A stretch of DNA of 64,000 nt from Raja brachyura. Lineage: Eukaryota. A program made the position numbers and the translations under genes. Numbering within the stretch: position 1 is the stretch's first letter; each line of letters begins with the position of its first letter. The notes under the pieces were generated by a model that had not been told where the DNA came from, searched no databases, and saw only the letters and a list, made by a program, of their open reading frames with translations. The stretch spans positions 64,232,001 through 64,296,000 of the forward strand of contig OY740787.1 of the NCBI GenBank assembly GCA_963514005.1, in the 5' to 3' direction. Shown in pieces: positions 54,940 to 64,000 of this stretch.

Positions 54940-55715
54940 CATGAATCATTGTTAGACAAGGGTGAGGTGCTTGAAGATTGGAGGGTAGCTAATGTTGGTG
55001 GAAGGGTGTTTTTCAGACTGGAGGCATGCGACTAGTCGTGGGTTTATTGCTGTTTGCCGTCTATATCAATGATTTGGAGAAGAATGTCCAAGGCATGACT
55101 GGTAATTTTGCAAATGGCATTAAAATAGGTGGTATCATAGACAATGAAGGTGGTTATCAAGAATTGCAATGGGGTCTTGATCAGCTGGGCAAGTAGGCTA
55201 GGGAATGGCAAATGGAGCTTAATTCAGATGGGAATGAGGTGTTGCATTTTGGAAAATCAAACCAGGTTGAGCAGAAGAATCCAGGAGCATAATTCCTTGG
55301 ATGACATTGCAATTTAACAGGGCAATGAAGAAGCATTTGGCATGTTGCTCTTCATCAGTCAGCGTAAGGAAGTAGGGCGTTTTGTTACAGTTGAAGAAAG
55401 TCGTTGGTGAAGCCGGTCATGGAGTATTGTGTTCGGTTTTGGTTATCCTGCTACAGGAAGGACATCATTATGTTGGAAAGAATGCAGCAAGAATTTACGA
55501 GGGTGTTGCTAGGATGAGGAATTTGTTACACAGAATGCACAGTTTTCTTTCCAAAGGTGGGGGAATTATTAGCTAGAAGGCATAGGTTTGAGCAGAATGG
55601 GGAAAGAGTTAATCTGATCCTGAGAGTGGTGAGAATATGGAATGAGCAGCCATAGGAAGTCGTTGACTGGAATGGACAAGTTGGGCGATGCACTTTTCAT
55701 TGTGCTGTAAGATTC
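54940..55715 (+). mobile_element. Old CR1-type LINE fragment
   Basis: Remnants of DWRVANV, YINDL..FA.G.KIGG, W..EWQM.LN, LEYCVxFW-like and the 3' RVV.IWN-like motif, with many lesions. Confidence 0.7.
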
Positions 55716-55734
55716 TTAAGAACAAAGAAAGGGG

Positions 55735-56140
55735 CAGACATTACTTGCTTCATTACAGTTACTCACTTCCCCACCAATGAAGGAATCTACAGGATGCGCT
55801 GTCTTAAGAAGGCAACTAATACCATCAAAGACCCACACCTCCTGGCCATGCTCTATTCTTGCATCGGGAAGAATGTACAGGAGTCTGATAACCATTACCT
55901 CCAGGTTCAAGAACATCTTCTTCCCATCAATCATCAGTTTCTTGAACTATCCTGCACAACTCTACCTCAGCACCAAACCCTTACAGACTTTGCACTACAT
56001 TGATTTATTTGCTCAGAATAACAGATAAACTTATTGTACATTTCTTGTTGTTGTGCATCTAATGCTATTGTAAAGCTGCAGCAAGTAAGATGTTATTGTT
56101 CCAGTTTATATTTGATGTATATGACAAATACTGTATACAG
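55735..56140 (+). mobile_element. Rex/Babar-type LINE 3' fragment, decayed
   Basis: RCLKKATNTIKDPH..SGRMYRSL..TSRFKNIFFPSII, paralogous to 520-1190. Confidence 0.7.
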
Positions 56141-56944
56141 TCTTGTAACTCGTGTATCTCAAGTGATGACCAAAAATGGAGATATTAGCCTCCAAATCTT
56201 GACTGAAAATTCTTTACATCTGGACTGAATAAATCTTAATACCAGCAACACAAAGAACTACAGGTGCTGAAAATATGAGCATAACACAAAGTGCTGAAGG
56301 AGGTCAGAGGGGCAGGTAGCATATGTGGAGGGAAATGAACGGACAATGTTTCTTCAGACACAAAATATCATCTATCCATTTCCCTGCACAGATGTTCCCT
56401 GACCTGCTGAGTTCCTCCAACACTATTAATACATATTATTAATGGAGTCATATTAATACAGCAAGGAAACAGGCCCTTTGGCCCAACTTACCCGTGCTGG
56501 CTAAGATGCTCCATCTATGCTAGTCCCACCTACCCGGTTTGGCCCATATCGCTCAAAACCCGAAGTTCCGTGTAGCTGTCCACTTGTCTTTTAAATGGTC
56601 CTATAGTATCTGCCTCAACAACCTCCCGTGGCAGCTTGTTCCATATACCTATCACCCTCCGTGTGAAAAGATAGTCCCTCAGGTTCCTATTAAATCATTC
56701 CCCTCTCACCTTAAACCTATGTCCTCTGCTTCTTGATTCCCCTGTTCTTGCTAAAATATTTTGAGCATTCACCCTATCTATTCCCCTCAGGATCTTATAA
56801 ACTCTCCACAACACTCTCATAGGCCCTGCGATTCACTGTGAAGTTTTGTTTAAATCTCAATACTAATTCGAAGCAACTCAGAATAAATTCATGGGCAATG
56901 AACAATTTATATTACACCCGCTGAATGCTGCCTTTTGTTTTGTT

Positions 56945-58110
56945 TATAGACACAAAAAGGAGTAACTCAGCAGGACAAGCAGCATATCTGGAGAGATGGA
57001 GTGGGTGACGTTTCAGGTCGAGACCCTTCTTCAGGGGATAAGGCAGAGAGATATAGACGATGATGTAGAAAGATCAATGAATAAAAGATATGCAAAAAAG
57101 TAACAATGATAAAGGAAACAGACCATTGTTCGCTGTTTGTTGGGTGAAAACAAGAAGCTAGTGCGACTTGGGTGCGGGAGGGATAGAGAGAGAATGCCGG
57201 GGCTACCTGAAGTGAAATAAATCAATATTCATACCACTGGGCTGTAAGCTACCGAAGCGAAATATGAGGTAGACAAAAATGCTGGATAAACTCAGCTGGT
57301 GAAAAGTCTATGGAGCAAAGGAAATAGGCAACGTTTTGGGTCGAGACCCTTCTTCCCTTCGCTCCATAGATGCTGCTTCAAACCGCTGAGTTGCTCCAGC
57401 ATTTTTGTCTACCTTTGATTTTCCAGCATCTGCAGTTCCTTCTTAAACATGATGCAAAATATGAGATGCTGTTCCTCTAATTTGCGTTTAGCCTCACTCT
57501 GACCATGGAGGAGACCTAGGACAGAAAGGTCTGTGTGGGAAAGGAGAATTAAAGTGTTTAGCAACCGGCTAAGTGTTAATCGCCCAGTCAGCGTTTGGCC
57601 TCACCGATGTATATACGATTCCACATCTTGAAGATACCGTAAATGAGGTTGGAGGAAGTGCAAGTGAACCTCTGCCTAACCTGAAAGGACTGTCAGGGTC
57701 CCTGGGCAAAGTCGAGGGAGGAGGTATAGGGACAGGTGTTGCATCTTTTGCGGTTGCAGGGGAAGGTACCTGGGGAGGGGGTGGTTTGGGTGGGAAGGGA
57801 TGGGTTAACCAGGGAGTTGCGGAGGGAACAATCTCTGTGGAAGGTGAAAGGGGTGAAGATGGGAAAATGTAGCTCGTGGTGGGATCCCGTTGGAGGTGGT
57901 GGAAATTTCCGAGGATTATGTGTTGTATGTGATCGATGATGGGGTGGAAAGTCAGGACTAGGGGGACTGTCTCTGTTGCGACTAGGGGAGGGAGAGCAAG
58001 GGTGGAGCTGCAGGGTACTGAGGAGACACGAGTGAGGGCCTCATCGATGATGGGAGAGGGGAACCCACATTCCATAAAGAAAGGATATCTCGGATGTACT
58101 GGTATGGATG
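56945..58110 (-). mobile_element. Penelope-like retroelement fragment (RT linker, GIY-YIG, 3' end) with a nested palindromic short element (~57269-57450)
   Basis: Minus ORF 57569-58075 reads GFPSPIIDEALTRVSS..VPLVLTFHP..HLQRDPTT..IFPS. A shifted frame gives YIGE..R.L (GIY-YIG). Hammerhead motif on the minus strand at 57007-57034. Confidence 0.8.
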
Positions 58111-58614
58111 TACTAGCATGTTTTGTTTATATGTCTTTGGGAAAGGAAATATGCAATTTTTCTAAAATTAATATTTATTGACGACTGCACCACCAGACTG
58201 ATGCTGATTAGTAACTGTGTCTAACGTTACCAAGAGAAAGTGGGAGAAAGGGGTTGAAAGGGAAATGTAGATCAGCCGTGATCGTGTTACGGAGCAGAAC
58301 TGATGGGCCAAATGGCCTAATTCTGCTCCTATGTCTTCTGTACACTGTGGACGGCTTGATGGTGATCATGTATAGTCTTTCTGCTGACTGGATAGCATGC
58401 AACAAAATAGCTTTTCAGTATACCTCGGTACACATGACAATGAACTAAACTGAACCAGGACCTACTGAGGCACAATGTTTGCACTACAGCACAGATTTGC
58501 TAACAAGATCAAATTACATGTTTCCAAACGTTTTAAAGCTGGCTGGTGTTGGCGATGCTGTTTTCACAGCTGCCGCGCACTTTTGTTCGTCAATCCTGAG
58601 GTGAGGGGAAGTGC

Positions 58615-58962
58615 CGTGATCAACCAGCCCAATACAAATTGGAGGAACAGCACCTCATATTTCGCTTGGGCAGTTTGCAACCCAGCAGTATGATCTTAAT
58701 TTCTCTAACTTTAAGTAACCCTTGCTTTCCCTCTCTCTCCGTCCCTCCCCCATCCTAGTTATTGACTAGTTTCACTGTCCTCCTGATTAATTTTACTGAT
58801 TGCATGCCTTTTGCAAGATTGTCACCTTCCCGCCAGCTAACAATGAACAATGTCAGCTACATTTCCTTCATCTGTCGTTTTCACACCTTACCTCTCCATG
58901 TCTCTAAACAGCCTCTCCCCTGACACTCAGTCTGAAGAAGGGTATCAGCCCGAAATGTCACC
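58615..58962 (+). mobile_element. Penelope 3' fragment ending in a hammerhead-like motif
   Basis: KLEEQHLIFRLGSLQP coding remnant; ctgaagaagggtatcagcccgaaatgtc at ~58932-58959. Confidence 0.7.
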
Positions 58963-59605
58963 GGGTGGCACCAGCAATGGCTGCCTTGCCAACAGTCAGT
59001 CTGTTCCTTCCTTCTTGCGTTTAATAGTATGTGTTAATGTTCTTTAGTTTGTTTTAAGTGGGGGGTTGGGAGAAACTTTTTCTAATCTCTTATCTTGATG
59101 GAGATGCGATTTGTTTCCATATCATATCTCCGTCCACTCTGCGGCCTAACACCGAGGAGTTGGCGGCCTTTGCTGGAGACAGACTTTTGAGAGCTCCACC
59201 ACGGGAAGCCTACGGGACTTTAACATCGCGGAGCCTGCGATCCCTTTGCCAGGGATCGACCTCCAACCGTGGGCGCTTGCGAACTTAACATCACGGAGCT
59301 CGCGGTCTCATCAGAGTCCGACTTCGGGAACTCCAAGCCGCTGGAGCTTTGACCGCCCGGACGCGGGGGCTTCGACCGTCAGCTGCAGGAGCTTCGATCG
59401 CCCCAACCGCGGGAGAATAAAGAGGAAGAATTTTGGACTTTTTTGCCTTCCATCACAGTGAGGAATGTGGAATCCGCTGAGATGGATGTTTATGTTAACT
59501 TTTATGTAGTTGTGTGTCTTATTGCTTTTTTTTTCGTATGGCTGTGGTAATCCGCATATCACTGTACCTTAATTGGTACATGTGACAATAAAACACCTTT
59601 GAAAC
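58963..59605 (+). repeat. GC-rich ~640-bp interspersed repeat, uninterrupted copy (putative non-autonomous retroposon)
   Basis: Head gggtggcaccagcaatggctgcc, internal ~60-nt and ~25-nt subrepeats, tail cactgtaccttaattggtacatgtgacaataaaacacctttgaaac; at least four related copies in this window. Confidence 0.8.
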
Positions 59606-59627
59606 CCATTCCTTTTCTCCAGAGACA

Positions 59628-59694
59628 CTGCCTGGCCCGAGGCCCGAGCTGCCTGGCCCGAGGACCGAGTTGCCTGGCGCGAGGACCGAGCTGC
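59628..59694 (+). repeat. GC-rich 21-bp minisatellite, 3 copies
   Basis: ctgcctggcccgaggcccgag / ctgcctggcccgaggaccgag / ttgcctggcgcgaggaccgag. Confidence 0.85.
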
Positions 59695-59751
59695 GTGACC
59701 GTGCGCGGTTCAACCCAAAGATCCAATAGCGGTGCAGTGGGTCAACCGGGG

Positions 59752-61495
59752 GTTACACAAAAAGCTGGAGAAACTCAGCGGGTGCAGCAGCATCTAAGGA
59801 GCGAAGGAGATAGGCGACGTTTCGGGTCGAGACCCTTCTTCAGACTGGTCAGGGATCAGGGAAACGAGAGATATAAACAGTGATGTGGAGAGATAAAGAA
59901 CAATGAATGAAAGATATGCAAAAAAAGTATTGGTGATAAAGGAAACAGGCCATTGTAAGCTGTTTCTGGTGTGAAAATGAGAAGCTAGTGCGACTGGGGG
60001 GGGGGGGGGGGGGGGGGAGATGGAGAAGGAATGTCAGGGCCCGAGGGCTGAGGGAGAGGTGGGGAGGAGGCAGTCTGGGTTAACAGAATTGAGAAAATTC
60101 AATGTTTAAGCCCAGAGGATGCAGACCTCCGCTCGGTCCGCAATATATATATATATTTTTTTATTTCAAAATAGACTTTATTCGAGTAATAAATATATAC
60201 ATCAACCGTGCAAAAAATCCATCCGACATTTTCGGAGGCTATACAAATTGCTCCATACAGTCTATATACATTTTTCAAATTTCGCAAATCGATCCCCCAC
60301 CCGTGCCACTCATGTGGCCCCCCGGCATGGGATACCCTCCCTTATTTTGAGGGGCGTCTCCACCATACTGTGCCCCCCATGTACAGCAGCGGAAGGACCT
60401 TAGACTGTGGCCCTCCCCCACCGAGCCTTGGCGTTGGCTGCACCGAGCCTCAGTGCGTCCCTCAGCACGTACTCCTGCAGTCTGCAGTGGGCCAGTCGGC
60501 AACATTCCCCGACGGACATCTCACTCTGCTGGGTGCTGAACAAAGCTCGGGCAGACCAGAGAGCGTCTTTCACCGAGTTGATAACCCTCCAGCAGCACTT
60601 GATGTCAGTCTCTGAATGTGTCCCTGGGAACAGTCCGTAAATCACAGAGTCCTCTGTGACGGAGCTGTTTGGAATAAAGCGTACCAGGGACCCTTGCATT
60701 TTTCTCCAGACTCTTTGGGCAAATCCACACTCTGCAAAGAGGTGGGCAACCGTCTCCACTCCATAGCAGCCGTCCCGAGGGCAGCGTGCGCTGGTAGTGA
60801 GGTTCCGACGGTGCAGGAAGGATCTGACTGGGAGGGCTCCCCTCAGCGCCAGCCAAGCCAGGTCTTGGTGCTTGTTGGTGAGTTCTGGCGATGAGGCATT
60901 TTCCCAGACAAGCTGGGCAGTCTGCTCAGGGAACCACGCCACCGGGTCCATCGAGTCCTTTCCCTGCAGCGCCTGCAGGACATTCTGTGCTGACCACTGC
61001 CCAATGGACATGTGGTCAAAGGTGTTGGTCCGGAAGAACCTTTCGCTCGGTCTGCAATAACCAACCCGACCTCCCGGTGGCTCAGCACTTCAACTCCCCC
61101 TCCCACTCCGTATCCGACCTCTCGGTCCTGGGCCTCCTCCATGGCCAGAGTGATCAACACCGCAAGTTGGAGGAACAGCACCTCATATTCCGCTTGGGGA
61201 GTCTGCATCCTCTGGGCTTAAACATTGAATTTTCTCAATTCTGTTAACCCAGACTGCCCCCTTCCCCTCCCCACCTCTCCCTCAGCCCTCTGGCCCTGAC
61301 ATTCCTTCTCCATCCCCCCCCCCCCCCCAGTTTTTGCATATCTTTCACTCATTGTTCCTTATCTCTCCACATCACTGTTTATATCTCTCGCCTCCCTGAT
61401 CCCTGACCAGTCTGAAGAAGGGTCTCGACCCGAAACGTCGCCTATCTCCTTCGCTCCTTAGATGCTGCTGCTGCACCCGCTGAGTTCCTCCAGCC
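59752..61495. mobile_element. Penelope-like element with an inverted 5' arm (arms ~59763-60126 and ~61201-61494)
   Basis: Arms are reverse complements apart from one ~70-bp indel. The plus part encodes the GIY-YIG C-terminus RSVCNNQPDLPVAQHFNSPSHSVSDLSVLGL..KLEEQHLIFRLGSLHPLGLNIEF. Hammerhead motifs at 59816-59843 (minus) and 61412-61439 (plus). Confidence 0.88.
60146..61043 (-). mobile_element. L1/Tx1-clade LINE 3' fragment nested in the Penelope element
   Basis: Minus ORF 60400-61011 carries a zf-RVT-type motif (LAWLALRGALPV..CPRDGC..ETVAHLFAEC..VW). The 3' end has AATAAA and an A/(TA)n tail. Flanked by a 16-bp direct repeat cgctcggtcYgcaata (60130-60145 and 61044-61059). Confidence 0.85.
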
Positions 61496-61647
61496 TCTGC
61501 AGCTCCTTCTCGAACACAGTGGCTCAACCGTCTGTGCCCCGCGTTACGGGAAGCGCCGCCCACAGCCCGTGACGCAGCGGTTGAGAGGTCAGGGCCAGGC
61601 CGGGCCGCGCACGCGCAGCTGCCGACCAGCTTATCTTTGCTGCCAAC
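61496..61647 (+). promoter_or_regulatory. CpG-rich UMPS proximal promoter / 5' UTR
   Basis: High CpG density, a GC box-like cgccgccc, an ETS-like ggaag and a half-CRE tgacgc immediately before a strong Kozak context gccaacATGG. Confidence 0.55.
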
Positions 61648-61782
61648 ATGGAGTCGCTGGTGTCGGCGCTGCACGCTGTGCAGGCGGTGAAGTTCGGCAG
61701 CTTCGTGCTCAAGAGCGGCATATCGTCGCCCGTCTACTTCGACCTAAGGGTCATTGTGTCCCACCCGGCTCTCATGAACCAG
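61648..61782 (+). CDS. UMPS: Uridine monophosphate synthase exon 1 (OPRTase N-terminus)
   Basis: [45 protein letters not shown] |gtactc; the KFGxFxLKSGxxSPxYxDLR OPRTase signature; UMPS follows KALRN in human. Confidence 0.95.
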
Positions 61783-61987
61783 GTACTCATCCGTGCGTGT
61801 GAGCACCAAAGATACTAGAGCAGCAGCTCTTTGATGAGCACGGTGGGTGGGTGGGTGGACGGACGGACGCTGCTCTCCCTGGGACGCGATGACTGACTGA
61901 CTGAACCCCGCATCAAGATGGGAGAATAATGATTTGATGTTCGGTAGTTGATAGTCTGCTGTTTTTGTGATGGGGAGGAAGGGACTG

Positions 61988-62465
61988 TAGATAGACACAA
62001 AATGCTGCAGACTGTCTGAAGAAGGGTCTCGACCCGAAACGTCACCCATTCCTTCTCTCCACAGATGCTGCCTGACCCGCTGAGTTACTCCAGCTTTTTG
62101 TACCTATCTTCGGTTTAAACCAGCATCTGCAGTCCCTTCCTACACAAGGAACTGCAGATGATGGTTAACACTGAAGATAGACACAAAAGGCTGGAGTAAC
62201 TCAGCGGGTCAGGTAGCATCTTCGGAGTAAAGAGATAGGTAACGTTTCGGGCCGAGACACGGCTTTGAAGAAAGATCTAAACCTGAGACATAAAATGTAG
62301 TAACTCAGCGGGTCAGTCAGCATCACTGGAGAAAGGGAATTGGTGATGTTTCGGGTCAAGACTGTTTCAGTGTAAAGAAGGGTCACGACCTGAAATGTCA
62401 CCTATTCCTTTTCTCCAGAGGTGCTGCCTTGTCCCGCTGAGTTACACCATATTTTGTGTCTGTTT
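61988..62465. repeat. Cluster of Penelope-derived short elements in alternating orientation (UMPS intron 1)
   Basis: At least four arms of the gacacaaaa..ctggagtaactcagcgggtcagg unit; intact hammerhead motif at 62016-62043 on the sense strand. Confidence 0.75.
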
Positions 62466-63553
62466 TGTTATACAAAATTAAGCTCATTCAACTTTAACAA
62501 TAACTATTTACACCTTGATGTTTGTATAAATACTTTTTAAAATATTTATTGTTGTAGCTGAATAAACTTAATTTTGTAAAAAATAAAGAAATGCGATGAG
62601 CAACAGCATGGAGAGGCATTGATTTGTGAGAGTTGAAAGGTAGCAATACTTACAAAGGCTGCGTTTCAATCCAGTTCATTTCTGCGGATTTGGATATAGG
62701 TTCTCTTATTGCCATGGTGTTGATGTGCTTTCAGAAATAGTCAGAATCATACTATACTTTAACAGATAGGTAGTCTCTTTCCCTGGATGATGCGTTTATA
62801 CAGCACATGAACAAGCTGGAATTAATGTGCAGGCAGATGTGCCGTTTAACTTGGCGTCATGGCCAGCAGAGATATTTTGGGCAAAACCTGTGTTCTACTG
62901 TAATATGTTCTATCCAATAAATGTATAGATTGGTAGGTTAATTGATGCTGTAAATTTCCCCCATTGTGTATAATTGAGTGGTAGAGAATGTAGGGAAATA
63001 AAAAAGTTGAATTGATGTAGGTCTGTTGTAAATGAGTATTTGAAAGTCAGTGTGGACTTTGGGTTAAAAAAAACCATTGTCCCCTTTAAATCTCATACCC
63101 CTTATATAAATTTGTGCTCTCGGATTAATAGACATTTCTGCTGAGGAGGCAAGTTCCTCATTTTCTCCCCTATTTTCTACATCCCTCAAACTTTGTCACT
63201 TAGTCATCTGCGCACCAAGGAAAATAACAGCCACCCTCTTCATCATAGCTGAAATGCAACATCCCCTGCTGTATCTCCTCAGCAGTGCAATCATGTTTCT
63301 GTACAGCTTCAATAATGCACAGTACTAACCTTACTGAAGTCTTGTACCATTGCCGTTGTGTTCCACACACTGGATAATGAAGGAAAGTTGTACACTTGCT
63401 TTTTTAACTGCAATTTCTAACTTGCGGCATTCAGATATCCTTAGACATGTTAGAATGTGAGATTTAAGTGAGGAGATGTTATTTGTGATATATTTATGAA
63501 ACAGCCAGTGCATCAATAGAAAAATATGCATTTGCACATTCAAAATTGTCATG

Positions 63554-63651
63554 GGTTACACAAAAAGCTGGAGAAACTCAGCGGGTGCAGCAGCATCTAA
63601 GGGGCGAAGGAGATAGGCGACGTTTCGGGTCGAGACCCTTCTTCAGACTTG
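63554..63651 (-). mobile_element. Single-arm Penelope-derived insertion with a hammerhead motif (63619-63646)
   Basis: 14-bp perfect flanking direct repeat tcaaaattgtcatg (63540-63553 and 63652-63665); nearly identical to 59752-59846. Confidence 0.85.
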
Positions 63652-63942
63652 TCAAAATTGTCATGTTGGATACTCACTAGATGAATCAAATCTTTTCCAT
63701 TGCTGTGCACTGTTTTGTTGGACAACCCCAGTATATACAAGATCAAATTGCTCTGATTCTGGTTGCATTATATTTGGTGTTTTAAAAAAAATTAAAATAT
63801 TTTCTGTGTACTTGGTTCATTTTTGCAGTTTTCATCAAGAGATTCACTTCTGATTGCTGGTTCACTAAGTATACATGCTGGCATCTAAATTCCTGCTTGC
63901 TTTGCGACTTGCAATTAACAAATCAAATGTCTTTCCTCACAG

Positions 63943-64000
63943 GTTTCGGATCTCTTGTGGAAGACTGCAAACAATGCTGGAGTGAAATGCAGTTCTGTTT
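63943..64000 (+). CDS. UMPS: UMPS exon 2 (runs off the window end)
   Basis: ctttcctcacag| VSDLLWKTANNAGVKCSSV; phase 0 with exon 1; compare recalled human VADILFQTAQNAGISFDTV. Confidence 0.9.

Noticed and set aside
59628-59694. Regularly spaced repeats as a CRISPR-like array
   Set aside because: Head-to-tail minisatellite with no spacers, in a vertebrate genome.

Overview
This is vertebrate genomic DNA. The repeat content (HE1-type V-SINEs, CR1/HER1-type LINEs, abundant Penelope derivatives) points to a cartilaginous fish, probably a skate or ray. Three + strand spliced genes can be read by hand. (1) The last two coding exons of KALRN (kinase domain, stop at 4434). (2) An unexpected 11-exon, open, ~347-aa gene (19037-47352) encoding only a Kalirin-GEF2-type DH-PH RhoGEF module and its Galphaq-binding C-terminal helix; it looks like a partial tandem duplicate of KALRN that has converged on the p63RhoGEF/ARHGEF25 architecture. 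(3) The first two exons of UMPS, which follows KALRN in human too. Introns and intergenic DNA are rich in transposable elements: a near-complete but frameshifted DIRS1-type tyrosine-recombinase retrotransposon, a decayed Gypsy element, a nested Penelope/Tx1 insertion abutting the UMPS start, MITEs, and many short, often palindromic Penelope-derived elements carrying a minimal hammerhead-ribozyme motif. An ~850-bp inverted duplication lies between KALRN and the duplicate gene. All homology calls come from recall of family motifs, not database searches; repeat boundaries are approximate.
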